64,000 nt of DNA, from NCBI GenBank assembly GCA_965178125.1, contig OZ237737.1, positions 868,001-932,000 of the forward strand. The letters are read 5' to 3'. Positions 13,301 to 26,669 of this stretch are shown piece after piece. Under the pieces are notes generated by a model. The model searched no databases, was not told the origin of the DNA, and saw nothing but the letters and a program-made list of their open reading frames with translations. This DNA comes from Bilabrum cf. latius (Eukaryota). Position 1 is the stretch's first letter. Every line of letters begins with the position of its first letter. A program made the translations under genes and the position numbers.

Positions 13301-16300
13301 TCTACAACCTGACCGATGGCTACTAGGATGACAATGGCAACACGCTGTTTTACATCAGCGGCTGCAGCGGTCAGGTGTACCTGGCACGTGGACGCACCCT
13401 CGACTACGAGACTGACCCTGTCAAGTTCATCACGGTGCGTGCCACCCCCTTGCAGCAGCCCGAGCAGGGATCCGAGTTCCGCATCCCGGTGTACCTGATC
13501 GACGTGGACGAGCCCCCGCTGTTCATTGAGCAGATGAACTTCACCCAGGCGATCCGGACTGTGCCCGAGAACGCTGCCCCTGGGTCTGCCTTCCCCGACG
13601 CGAAGCTGACGGCTATTGACCCCGAGGGCAAGGACGAGGACACGGAGTACTCGATCTTCTCGATGGACCAGGACGCTGAGGTGGGTGGCCCCGATGGAGA
13701 GCCCCTGTTCACGATCGACCCTGATGACGGCACACTGCACGTGGGTCCTGCCGGCGGGCTGAGCTTCGAGCGCTTCAGCGAGTACAAGCTGCAAGTGCGG
13801 GCCACTTCGAAGGTGAATGCCGCTATCTTCTCCCAGATGGCTGTGACGATCCGCCTGGAGGACCGCAACGATGCCCCGATGTTCCCCGAGGACATCCAGG
13901 AGATCACGGCTCGCTTCTCGCAGCTGGCCGACATGGCCTGGATCGGCACCGACACGATCGCTGTGGAGGACGAGGACGTGAACTCGACTGTGTTCGTGCA
14001 GCTGCTGCAGAGCTCCACCGGAGTGGTGCATCGCGACCTTCCCGGGCCTGGCTCCGACATCACCCGCAAGAACTACGTGGGCATCGAGGGTGGAGAGCCT
14101 GGCAACGCCACCGCTGGTCGCTTCTACTGGACTGAGGCACCCAACGCGACCGCCGACATCAGTTGGACGGACCAGATCTACGATGGACAGTTCGTGCGCC
14201 TGGTGTACACCGTGAAGGTGAACGCCACTGACAACTACGGGGCCACGACGATCGGCGACGTGCGCATCATCCTGGTGTCCGACGAGAGCGGCGGCACTGA
14301 CAGGCCGCTGGTGGAGTCCGTGACTATGCCGACTGGCACCGCCTTGACCACGTCTGGTGGCGAGACCCTGCGTTTCGCCGGATCTCGCTTCTCGCGGGCC
14401 ACTGGCTTCCGTGTGGTGGGCACGAACGCGATCGGACGCAGGTACGAGACCACCAGCTGCACTGCGACCGATGACAACACCCTGGACTGCACGTCTCCCG
14501 AGGGCACTGGTTTGTGCAACTGGGTTGTGTACGCGATGGTGAATGGCGAGGAGATCCGCAGCTTTGCCATCGGGCGGATGGAGTTCACGTACCAGGCTCC
14601 CAACATCACAGCCGTGACCATGGACCAGGTGGCCATCGATGCAGGTGGGCTGAACACCAAGGGCGTGGGCTCCGGGTCTTCGCATGAGCTGAACAGCAAG
14701 TTCGTGATCACTGGCACTGACCTGGGCAGCGACCCGCAGGCTGTGATGGTGTACGTGGGGCGGGTGACCCCCTCCTCTAGCGAGTACCGGTTCGTGTCAA
14801 CATCAATCGAGAGTGCCGACCATGACTCTCTGCTTGTGGGTGCCCCTGAGGGCATCGGTGCTGAGCTGCACATCCGGGTATCTGTGGGCGGGCTCTTTGT
14901 CGATGCACCCGACAGGCAGACTGTGACGTACGCTCCTCCTCGCGTGATCAGCCTGCGCTCTGGTATCACGAGCTCGTACACGTACAACCACAACATGGAG
15001 CCGGAAGGGTGGTCGTGGGAGGCCGAGTACCAGACTAGGTACGACCAGGAGATCGCCCGTGGCGACACTCATGAGCAGGCACATGCTGATGCCACCAGCT
15101 ACGCTGACTCGAGGCGCATCTGGAACCGGTTCATCATCACCGGCGAGAACTTCGGTCCCATGCAGGTGCTTGGAGCTGAGACTAGGCCGCTCGTGTACTT
15201 CGGCCCCGACTGCTCCAGGCAGTTTGAGCTGCTGAGCTGCGAGCTGACCCAGGCGTCCACCCAGATCACGTGCGAGGGATACACGCGCGGTGCTGGCGCC
15301 CGACACGGCCTCTCTGTCACGATCACCGACAACACGAACGTGGTGCTTGCGCCTGACATCCTGCAGGACGAGCAGTGCAGCCACGAGGAGAGCACGCTGC
15401 CGTCGACCAACATCGTGTACCGGACCAGGTCGCTGTCGTACCGGCCGCCCCAGGTGTACCAGCTCATCAACCCGCCTCAGCAGGGCAACACTGCCGGTGG
15501 CGATGTGGTGCGCATCCGTGGCCGGTACTTCGGCAACCCCAGCTCCGACCTGCCCGTGACGGCGTACTACGGCCCTGACCCCGTGTACCGCTGGCCCAAC
15601 TACCCCGGCGACCAGCTGAAGGCGACTGCCGGTACTGAGTCCATCGAGGCGTCCACCTGTGTGGTGCGCAGCGATGACATCATTGACTGCCAGATGGCAG
15701 CTCTGCCTGAGTGGATGGACGCCAACGGCCCGCATGCATGGACCGTGGAGGTGGGTGGCCAGGTGGCTCTGTGGAGCCGTGGCTTCACCCGGTACGGTTT
15801 CCCCACTGTGACTGGGCTGACCGGCGAGGGTGCTGTGCGCGCCAACACCACGGGTAGCCAGAAGGTGGTGATCGATGGCCGCAACTTCGGTCCCGTGGTG
15901 CCCGACACGGTGAACTACATCGCGCAGGTGGCAGACCCGGGAGGCATGAACTCTACCTACGAGGGTCGCGTGAACGTGTCGCTGGCCCAGGGCCTGACCA
16001 TGGCCCCTGCGCCCGCTCTGGGTGATGGCTCTGGCCTGGTGGTGCTGGACCCCCGTCGCGACTGCGTGATGACACAGGCGCACTACCAGCTGGAGTGTAT
16101 GACCCTGCCTGGCGCTGGTCGCGCCCTTGAGTGGATCGTGGTGGTGAATGGCGAGCGGTCTCGTGTGCCCCAGGCATCGTACAAGGCCCCGACCGTGAAC
16201 GAGATCATGATGCCCGGCACACCCACGGACCGTCGTGTGGAGGACGCTGATTCGGCTGGTGGAACCTGGGTGCTGGTGACTGGTCAGAACTTGGGCCCCC

Positions 16301-19300
16301 CCACCCGTGAGATGTACGACCCCGAGCAGTCGTCCGGTGCGATGGTGCAGTGGGTGGAGTACGGCAAGACCGCGACTGGCGAGTGGAACAGCGCACTGAA
16401 CTACACGGTTATCTCCCATGAGCAGATCATGGTGCAGCTGGGCCCCGGCATCGGGCGTGACTTCCAGATTCGCGTGTCTGTGGCCGACCAGGTGAGCGAG
16501 GCGAGCGGTGATGGCGGCAACGACCCCCGTGGTACGTTCGACTTCAGCCTGCCCACGCCGCTGTACGTGACCCCGAATGTGGGCAATCCCAAGCCCATGC
16601 CTTGGAACTCGGAGACCCTGGTGATGTTCGCCAGGCATTTGCCGCCGGCCAGCGACCCCACTTCCGCCGTGGTTGGCCTGTGGGACCCGAGCTTCCCCCC
16701 TCGCCCTGCCTCTCTGGATGATGACTCCATCCCCGATGACGACGAGGGCAAGACTCAGGACCGCGAGCAGTACGAGCAGGCCGTGCGGAGCTACCTGGGC
16801 TCGCTGGTGCCCATCCATGCCGAGCAGCTGGTGAACGATTCCGCCGCTTGCGTGTTCGTGGACACCCTGGACCGCGGTACGGTGAACAACCTGTGGCAGC
16901 AGTACGATGTCGGTGGGAAGGTGGCTGGGTACCAGTCGGGCCAGGGCCTGCCCCTGGACGTGGGCGCTGTGCGTGTGGTGGTGCCTCCTGGGTTCGGCCG
17001 GGGCCACGTGCTTGGCCTGGGCCTCGTGGGCATGGACGCTGCGACCGGCATGGTGGCTACGAACGCCGAGGTGGAGTCCCGGTCTGACTGGGAAAGCCTG
17101 AAGCAGTTCCACTACAATGAGCCGGAGCTGGACTTCCCCGAAATGACCACCGTGGCTGTGTCTGGCGACGATGAGCTCAAGCTACAGGCCACCCGTGCCT
17201 TCGGTGGACAGCCTTCAGAAGCTGATTCGTTCTCTCGCAACATCTGGGAGGTCACGCTACGCGGCCAGAGGCTGTCGGACTGGTTCGAGCTGCTTCCCGA
17301 CCAGGACGCCGGTGCCACGGAGACCCCGTACCGGCTGATCACGCTGGAGCCCGGGCCGGATCACATGGAGCCTGTGCCTGGCGGAAACCCTGTGGCCGAG
17401 GGCCGCACGCTGATGTTCTACAAGGGCAACTTCGCCGAGGACACTGCCGGTGGCAACGTGAGCGCTTCTGGTTGGGTCTCGCACGTGCAGCAGACGCAGC
17501 TGCCCGCTGATCAGCGCGAGTTCCAGCTGATCGCGTGGCGCGATGACATGATCAGGCTGTGGGTGCGCGCCGGCACCTTCACGGTGCGTGCTGTGGTGGA
17601 GACGACGAACAAGCTGGACGAGGTGAAGGGCACCGTGCCCGCCACCGAGCACACGTACACGACCAAGGACGTGGTGGTATCTCAGGAGGCTCCCATCATC
17701 TCGGACCTCGTGGGCCAGCCCCCGGGCGGGTACCCCACGACGGGCGAGGGGCACGTGCTGGGCCTCGCCTTGCCGTTCCGGTCGCTCACATCGCAGGACG
17801 AGAAGGGCGTGCTTGCGCTGTTTGGCAACGACTGTGACGAGGTCAACTACAACGACCAGCGGATGTGCAATGGCCGTCTGCTGAACCGCCGCCAGGTCAC
17901 GACCAGCCCCATCACTGCTCCCGAGCCGGTGATCTACGCTGACCCCCTCACTGGTGTGACGTACGAGCCCGACACGACTCCTGGTGCCGAGTCTCAGTCT
18001 CGCTTCGTGGCCGAGGGCAGCGGTGCTGCCACCTTCGTGCGCGCTGCCTGCGAGGCGTACTACCAGGCAACTACCTCAGCGGCACCTCAGCTGGAGGACC
18101 TGTGCTTCTTCTGGGTACGTGTGCCGGCAGGGCAGGGCCGTGCTGTGTCCGTGCGCGTGTATGCCGGCACCCAGCTGTCTCCCGCCGTGACCATCGACTA
18201 CGCCGAGCCCGTGGTGACCGCCATCGAGGTGGATGGCACTGCCTTCGCCGGTACGTCGGCTGCCAACGCGGCCACGTTCCCGTCGACCGGTGGGGCCATC
18301 GTGCTTCAGGGCCACAACTTCGGCATGAAGGCCACCGTGACATTCGGCGATTCGTACTCGCTGGTGGCGTGCAGCCAGGCTGCCATGACGAACAACTTCG
18401 TGGGCTTCAGCTCAAGTGATTGCGATGCCACCATCACCATGGACTCTGCCACCTCCGGCATGGCTCGCATCACGGTGGATGCTCCTCGCGGCCAGGGCGC
18501 ATACGATGAGCTGGTGCTGGTGGTGGACCACGGCCTGGGCCACGACTCTGACCCTGTGCGCTTCAAGTACGAGATGCCTATGATCTCGAGCGTGGTGCTG
18601 GCCACGGAAGATGCCGGGGATGTGGAGCAGTCCATGTTCGGATCTCTGGGAGCCCGCGATGTGGAGGTGGGCCAGGACAGCCAGGGCAATCCCTTCACGA
18701 ACGGATACCGCGTGCCCACCACTGGCATCGACCTGGATGACCAGCACTACCAGGCTCTGGACAGGTATGGCGTGAAGGCAGATCTGTGGATCGTGATCCG
18801 CGGGTCTGGTCTCGGCCAGTACCACCCCCTGGTGTACCCCGTGGACGAGTCAGCGCGCGTGTACATCGGGCGCAACGATGCCGCCGGCGAGATGGAGGTG
18901 GACAGCATGTACGTGGTGCGCGACATCACGACTGAGGGCGCGGGTGAGTCTCTGATCGCCGTGCCTCTGCCCGAGGGCGGTGGTGCCGACTACTACGTGC
19001 GCGTGGTGGTGGCAGGCCAGGAGTCCAACGTCTACACGGGTGCGTTCAGCTATGCCCGGCCCGTGATCCAGTCTGTGGAGGTGATCACGTCTGCCATGAG
19101 CGATGGCTCGCTGCCCGCCGTGTCGAGCAACTCCCTGACTGTGTCTGCTCAGACCCTGTCTTTCAGTAGCTCCGGCGGATTCCTGGAGGCGCCCCCCACG
19201 GGAGGTGCTGTGGTGCGCATCCGTGGGCGCAACTTCGGCCGCCAGGTGCTTGCCCAGGCCGACTCGCAGGGCCGCGAGACCGGCAAGGTGCAGTGCGCGT

Positions 19301-22300
19301 TCCTGAGCCACATCGACCCTCCCCCAAGCTGGGTGCCTACCTCTGGTGCCAGGCCCATCCCCACGTGCGATGGTGCCGAGACGTACATGGGCGAGGGCGA
19401 GGCCTTCACGAACAGCACTGACCCGTCTAGCCCGAGTCCCCAGTCCGTGACGTGGAGCCACACGACCGTGGAGATGACCATCCCCGAGGGCATCGGATAC
19501 CGTGTGGTGCTGCTGGCCGCTCGTGGTGGCGCACTGGCCTCCCTGGAGCCGCAGGCATCGACCTTCACTCCTTCGGGTGTGATCATCCCCGGCTGGAACG
19601 ACCCGGACACGACCCCTGCCCTGGTGCCCCGCGCCGTGCCTCTGCGGTTCGCGCCTCCTCAGCTGAGCGGCCTGACGTACTACGTGCCCGAGGGCGAGGC
19701 CACTGGCAAGGACGTGGGCGAGGATGCACTGACTCGCATGAGCGCCGCACATACTCGCGGATCGACCGTGGTGCTGGAGGGCCGCAGCTTCGGCCCCGAC
19801 ACCGTACTGGACGAGCTGACCAACTCGGAGACCGAGGACGTGTTCCAGGAGCTGGCCCAGCCCCGCAGCCTGCCTCTGGGTGCCGCGCACCGTGCGCCCA
19901 TGGACCATGTGCGTGTGCTTGTCGGCGGTGGCTGCCGCACGGACAGCATGGAGTGGTCTGCGACGAGTGTGGACGTGCGCCGCGACGTGGTGGACGGGCT
20001 GATTCCCGCCCACTGGGCTGCCGAGGACGAGGTGATCCAGGAGGTGCGCAGCTGCATGCCTCGCGGTGTGGAGGAGCGCACTGACACGAGTATGCGTGTG
20101 GTTGTGCCGCCTGGTGTGGGAGCCAGCAAGCAGGTGTCTGTGGAGGTGGTGCGCGCTGCACCTCTCCGCCTGAGTCCGTCTCTGGTGGTGCCCATGTCGC
20201 AGGCACCTCCCCTGTCGTCGTCCAGCTCTGGCTCATCCATGGTGACGTACGAGTACCGTGACCCGGAGCCCACCCGTGTGGATCCTGGCTACATGTACAT
20301 CACGAACTCTGCCCAGATCGGAGCCGCTGCCGAGCCCGAGGACATCGTGGTGTTTGGCCGGTATCTGGGTCGCTTCGAGGACGAGCGGTCTGTGCGCAGG
20401 CCTGCGAACGACTCGTTCCAGAACGTGCGATACGTGCAGGACGGCTGGAACCTGGAGCTGGCCATCAACGTGACCAGCATGTACACTCAGGACGACCTTG
20501 AGTTCGACATCGGTGCGCCTGAGGGCGAGGCAGCCGAGGGCAGGCGTCTGCAGGTGACCGAGAACGCCACGCTGGCGATGCACGTGAACTGCTCCGACGT
20601 GGTGGCCCGTGTGGAGAAGGGCCAGGGAGGCCGCGGGCAGCCCGAGGCGTGGGAGGATGCCATCCGCTGCCCCGCGCTTCGCACCGACCTGCTGACCGCC
20701 GGTCCCAAGGCTGTGAGCGTGCGCGTTGGCTCGCTGGAGGGCGAGCTGTCGGCCGAGAGCTCGAACAAGCTGATCGTGGGCTGCGACTTTGGGTACTTCG
20801 GTGGTGTGGGCGAGACGTGCCTGCAGTGCCCTGTGACCCGTCAGGGCGAGATGGTGGGTGCCATGTGCGCCGGCTACGACTCTGAGACTGACTCGCACAC
20901 GTACCCGGTGTCTCGCCGTGGCTGGTACGACCTGAAGACCCCTGATGAGCTGTCCATCTGCCCCGTGACTGGTGGGCAGCGCGGCGATGAGGTGGCTCGT
21001 GGTGTGTGCGTCGTGCCTTGCGTGCCCGCCGAGGCTTGCATGGGCGACAACACGTGCGCCGAGGGCTACGAGTCTAAGGCTCCTTCGTTCAGGTGCGCCG
21101 CGTGCGCCGAGGGCTACTACAAGAAGGCCGGCGTGTGCGCCAAGTGCCCCGACAACCCGTGGGTGGTGATCGTGGCGTTCATCATCGCTGCTGCCTGCGC
21201 CGGTGGCATGGGCCTGTGGCTGAACTCGACCAACATCAACATCGCCATCCTGTCGATCGGTGTGGACTGGTTCCAGGTGGTGTCTCTGTTCGCCAACGCC
21301 CGCATCAAGTACCCGCCTGTGCTGGACGACCTGCTGACGTACATGTCTGCGTTCAACCTGAACATCTCCCTTGCCGTGCCCGAGTGCATCAGCCCGAACG
21401 TCGGGTGGGAGCAGAAGTTCTACTTCACCATCGCATTCCCGCTGGCCGTTGGCGCCATGCTGTTCCTTGCTTTCGCCAGCTTCGCGCTGTACAAGTACCT
21501 GGTGCTGGGTCGCAGCGACAAGCACTCTACTTTCTCGCATGTGAACAAGCTGATCTCTGGCGGCATCATCGTGTGCTACTTCCTGTACCTGTTCGTGACT
21601 GCCACGCTGATGGAGGCGCTGAACTGCATCAAGGTGGACGACTCGGATCCGAACACGTACATGCTGGTGGGTGACCTGGAGCCATGCTACGAGCCCGGGG
21701 GGCTGCACATGCGTGTGTTCCCTATCGCCATTGTGTTTATGCTGCTGTACACGTTCGGCTTCCCCGCCATCCTGGGCTACGTGCTGTGGAGCAACCGGGA
21801 GCGCATCATGGAGGACCAGCTGCTGCGCGCCAAGGGCCTGGGGTACGACCGCATCAGCAACCCCCGCGCGTACGATCTTCGCAGGTCGATCGAGCGGTCG
21901 TACTTCGCGTTCCGTCCCGAGTACGCCGCCGGCACGATGGGCTTCAACTCTTGGATCGTGGTGATCCTGGCCCGCAAGGCACTGATCGCCATCACATCGC
22001 TGGTGTGGGCGAACAACTCGTCGCTGCAGCTGTCCGTGAGTCTGCTTGTGCTGCTGTGCGCGTACGCCATGCAGGTGTACCACCAGCCGTACATGGCCCC
22101 CGCCGACCGCGAGGAGACTCTGCGCCATACCATGATCCTGGCCCTGGAGGACGAGCACAGCATCTGGGCCAAGCTGCAGAAGAACGTGAAGGAGGTGGAG
22201 AAGCGCCTGCAGAAGACCGGGCAGAAGACCGACTGGTCGCGCCCGAACCAGTCCGTGCGATACTCGAACCCCGTGGCCCAGGCCATGGGCTCCGTGGCCG

Positions 22301-23229
22301 TGGGCATGTTCTCGTGGAACACGCTGGAGTCGGGCCTGCTGTTCTCTGCTCTGCTGATCAACCTGTCCGGCATCTGCTTCAACGCGATCCAGACTCAGTG
22401 CGAGATCGAGAACAACTGCGACTTCTTCCAGCCTCAGGTGGACACTCTGCTTGGCCTGGTGCTGACGCTAATCTTCTCTTCCATCTTCTACTTCATCTTC
22501 GTGCTGGTGACGGAGATCTCGTACATGTACCAGGAGGAGATGGTGCGCCGCGGCAAGATGCGGCCGGACGAGCTGCAGACGCTGCCCGAGCAGATCATGG
22601 TGTGCTGCGGCTGCGCCGACGAGAACGCGCAGGCTCTGCTGGTGAAGCAGCGCAACATGAAGAACTCCAAGAAGGGCTCCTCCAAGCGCAAGCTCGTGGC
22701 CGATGCACTCGAGGCGCAGGAGGGCGAGCCCGCGGACGCCGACATGTCCGCCAACCCGATCTTCAAGCGGCTGGCCGAGAACGCCGAGAAGGACGCCGCC
22801 GCCAAGAAGGAGGACGCGGAAGACGGGCCCGTGATCGAGGAGATCCCCGACGCGGATGGGCGCGGTGTGACCGAGGCGGAGGCCCAGGAGATCCGGGAGC
22901 GCGCCCAGGTGGTGCTGCAGATGCGCAACCCGCCGAGCGGCGCATCGTGGGAGCAGATCCGCAGCAACTACGTGAACCTGTCCAAGCACATCGAGGAGCT
23001 GGCCCGTCAGATGCGCCGCGCAGGCGTGCAGGGACGGCGCGGATCGAGCTTGGAGACAGCCGCGGCAGGTGCTCGCCGCGGCCGCGCCGGAGGCAGGCGC
23101 GTCGGTGGCGGTGCTCGCGGTGGGGAGGGACGCAAGGCCTTTGGCCAGATGCAGACCACCTCCACCAGCGGGGCCACTGCTGACGGCGGTATGGTGAACC
23201 CCATGGCTGCCAAGAAGGGGGGCAAGTGA
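10382..23229 (+). CDS. Giant LamG/Sushi/cadherin/IPT-TIG 9-TM surface protein, copy 2, complete (6 exons, 4084 aa)
   Basis: Exons 10382-10493, 10639-10712, 10804-10856, 11028-11112, 11205-11474 and 11569-23229 join in frame (12255 nt), and all five intron positions and phases match copy 3. Signal peptide MLRMTAGLALAATLVAAAFAQ. Cadherin motifs LDYE, DVDEPPLF, VPEN, AIDPEG, DRNDAPMF. In-frame TAG at 10710 and 13324; ends TGA. Confidence 0.92.
10494..11568 (+). other. Five spliceosomal introns of copy 2 (10494-10638, 10713-10803, 10857-11027, 11113-11204, 11475-11568)
   Basis: GTGAG/GTAAG donors and TCGCAG acceptors, AT-richer than exons. The flanking exons align at peptide level with copy 3 (exons 2-4 are 74, 53 and 85 nt in both copies) while the intron sequences do not align. 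Confidence 0.85.
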
Positions 23230-23362
23230 GTTGAGTGCTTGTCCCGGTGCTGGCTGTGATCGATTAGGTGCTTTGCGCTTGATCGTCGCAGCTGTGCATC
23301 AAAACCGAGGAGCGGCTAGCGTCGTTGACGTTGAGCGGAGGTAGTACGACAGCGCTTGGTGA
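18363..23362 (+). repeat. Direct repeat of 1..5000 (3' part of copy 1 plus about 130 nt of 3' flank)
   Basis: Colinear at offset 18362 with scattered substitutions. Similarity continues past the TGA into the 3' flank and then decays. Confidence 0.95.
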
Positions 23363-23729
23363 ATGAAATGCCTCACTGTCTCTAACCCTGGTGGTCAGAG
23401 GCAGGCGGGCTTTCGCCTAGAGTTGCCAGGAATCTCATTGCCCGCGTCTGATTGCGACGCTAGCAAGCTCCACCCCATCGCATTGTGCTCGCTTGTGCTT
23501 GAGCCCTTGCTGTTTGCTTTCGTTTTTTGTGTGCCTTTCTGCAACCCATTAGGGATACACAGATCATTTGCTCATCACCACAGCAAGGCGCGTGCATCAT
23601 TACTGATTCCTGGACAATCCACACATGAGTTTGGTGACCGAACCGGGGCTCACTAAACGCACCTTACGTTTGGAACTATTGCTAAATCGGATCCATTGAG
23701 ATCCTAGCTTCGAAACACTATATCCGAGC

Positions 23730-26408
23730 ATGGTGGCTTCTATGGTCCCTGCTGCATTGCTCATGTTGTATGTACTCTAGGTGGTTGTATCTCTAGATGT
23801 TTTTGTGGATTCACGGGTCGGTGATCCCCTCAGTAATGGCACGTCGGAAGAAGCTCCGATTCCCTCCGCAAGGTTAGCTTGCCTTGTGCAAACTGAACAG
23901 CCTGTGCAATTACACTTCAGAAGAGACTAGAAGCATGTGTGGGATTCGTGCCTGGCTCGGCTCAATGTAGCCTCTGTCGACTCATACGGTACTGGCATCG
24001 ACGCTGTCTTGCAAGGCTCCGTTTAGCTGCAAAATTGGACATCTGTGCCTGGCAGCCTTGCCTTATGGAAGTCCAGGGTCTCAGCTCCGTCTACAATTTC
24101 AAGTAGATTGGCGCGGCCCTAGCCGCAGCTCTTTGCAAACGGTGTAGCGCTCGAATCCGCAAAACTGCCGAACACGGGAATCTTTCGGGTGTCAACTTCA
24201 GAGCCGCCACTAAGATTTACGTCTGAAAACTTAACCGGGGTGACAGCAGGATCTCTTGCTGGGGCTACGGTGAGGCTCAGGTTCAGCTCGTACTAGCATT
24301 CTTCCCCGGCAGTGAAGGACAACGACCATGACGGGACCATCGAGGTGGAGCCTGCGTCGTACCAGACCAGTGCGAGCCCTGGGTTCGGATTCTACCTGGA
24401 TGGTCTTAAGAGCTTCATCGATGTCGATGGGGAGTGGGCGATCGAACGCGTCAAGGCCGAAGCATCGGTAGGTGCGGCAGTTGACGCGGACGTCTTTCTG
24501 CAATGGCCCCACGATCCATCAGCACTCGATGTGCGGCTCACAGTGCACGATGGCATTTCCCTGCAGGCTCCGTGCAATGGAAGCAGCGTAAAGAACGTCA
24601 AACTCGAACAGTTTCTCGTGCAAGGGGTGCAGGCAGGCGTGTGCGATGCAGTCACCATCGAAAACGTGACCATGGCAAGCACTGGGTGGTACGGCGTCAA
24701 CATGTCGCGCAACGCGACGAATCCAACCATCCGAAGCGTTGCAATTGACAAAGTGCAAGCCCTCGGGGTCTTGATGGAGGGAACTGGCCTCAAGATGGCC
24801 GGCACGAATGTCACCAATGTGTCGATGGTGGAGGGCTACGGTGTCCCTGCCGGTCTCGGACTGAGCGCGATCGGGATCAACTCGGGCGAGTATTCTGACA
24901 TATCCGGCTGCAGAGTCGAGCGCATCGGATACCATGGGATCTCGATGGGGTCTCATTCGTCGTACCGGATGAACTTTATCAGTCACGTGGTCGAGCGCGG
25001 CAACGACGGGGGCGGCTTCTACCAGTGGTCCAACGCCCCTCCCTACGACGGCGGCAACCTTACAATCGAAGACAACATCGTTCTGTATGCCCTCGGTAAC
25101 ACAACGCTGATGCCTCCAAGCGGGCAGTCATATCAGTGGGGTAGAAACATCTACACGGATGATCGAATCCACGACGTTGTGGTCCGAGGCAACACGCTGG
25201 CGTTCAGCGGCAACCTCTGCTTGTTTGTGCACGGGGGATACAACATCACCGCGCAGGACAACGTGATGTTCGATTGCAAGAACGCCGGGTTCGGGCTGTA
25301 GGACGAGGTGGACGAGCCTGTGAGGCATACGCTGCTCCAATCGAATGGAATGTTCACCTTCGGGGACGCCACGGACCCCAACGGATCGCCCCTACCGCTG
25401 CAGATGACCTCGGCCAACAACCTGAGCAACTTTGATTTCGGCAACGAAGAAGGGAACCTTTTCTACTCACCTCACTCGAACGGGCTGATCGCCAGACGCA
25501 GGATTGTGGACTTCAGGTATCCGTACCGCGGGCCCATCGCGCAATACGACGGTGTCCAATGGAGCCATCCTTGGGAGCACGGTGACCCGCTGGCACGCGT
25601 GGCTCCGCCCAGCGTGTCTCGAATCGCTGGATCGTTCTCTGGGCTGGGCCCCGAGCTCCTCCCCGACGGGCTCTTCTCGTCCCCCTCTGTCGCCTCCTCG
25701 TGGAAATGCGGCGTGACCGGCACGCGTGGCTGCTCGGTGACCTACGTGAATGCCAGCACGACGGGCAGGGGGATGAGCGCTGGTAAGTTCAGCGTGGGAT
25801 ACGGCATGATTGACCTGTACGCGTACAGCGCTCCTTTGCTGTCGCAGGGGTCCTGGAACGAGGGGGAAAGTGGAGCAGTCGCGGAGATGGCGTGGACCTG
25901 GAACGCAACGGACTCAGTGCTCATCAACGGGACCTTTGAAGCAAACGTGAGGCCGCCCCCCAACGCGGCCTCGCAGACATGGCGCCTGGAGCTTTTCCAG
26001 GGCGACCCGGGGGCACCTTCGTGGAGCTCCGGTTTCTCGGCGGGGGTTTTGGCTCCCGTCGGTGGAGCCGTGCACGAGTTGTCGGCTGTGGTCGGGCTGG
26101 CAGGTGCTCAGCCGGGGCAACCGATTCGCTTCGCACTGCGACTGCCCGACTACTCGTACCAACCGCTGCTTATGTACCGGATTTCGGTCAAGAAGGTGCT
26201 GGACTACAAGCCAGAGTCTGCGTCCAGCCGAAGGGAGCAGCTGGTGTGGAACGATTCGCCACTCGAGACGCGCAGGGTGCCGCTGCCTGATAAGAACGTT
26301 GAATTCGAGTGCCTCTTCGGGAGCTGCTAGCCGGGCAAAATGGTGAGGGGGGAGATTGAACTTCCCCCGATGAAGAGCGCGGTGCTCTTACGGTCCAAGA
26401 ACACGTGA
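23730..26408 (+). CDS. Secreted right-handed parallel beta-helix protein, probably carbohydrate-active (892 aa if TAG=Gln)
   Basis: One frame from ATG 23730 to TGA 26406-26408 with 7 in-frame TAG. Signal peptide MVASMVPAALLMLYVL, then VFVDSRVGDPLSNGTSEEAP, QLFANG..AKLPN, DGGGFYQW and IYTDDRIHDVVVRGN, typical of pectin-lyase-fold beta-helix proteins. Possible CBM-like C-terminal domain. Confidence 0.82.
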
Positions 26409-26669
26409 AGCGTTGCTTCCTTGCTCGCCGCAGCAACCTGTGCTGCTTGCTCATGAATCTTCAGGCTGTTGCGACCGAATCGAAGTGAATGATGAAGACA
26501 CAAAGTGCGAAGAAGCGTGTTTGGGAACTTCCTCGAAATAATAAACTAGTTTCTGGGATTCTATTCAAGGTTACAACGCAAGAGTATGTCCTCAAGTACC
26601 ATGGACGGGCTGTCAACCAGCAGGAGCCGCTCCAAGCACAAACGATCGATACTAACTACTTCAACGTCT

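Noticed and set aside
1-23362. Copies 1 and 2 as an assembly duplication
   Set aside because: They differ at many mostly synonymous sites and have different downstream genes, and the 3' flank similarity decays gradually. Long reads would confirm.
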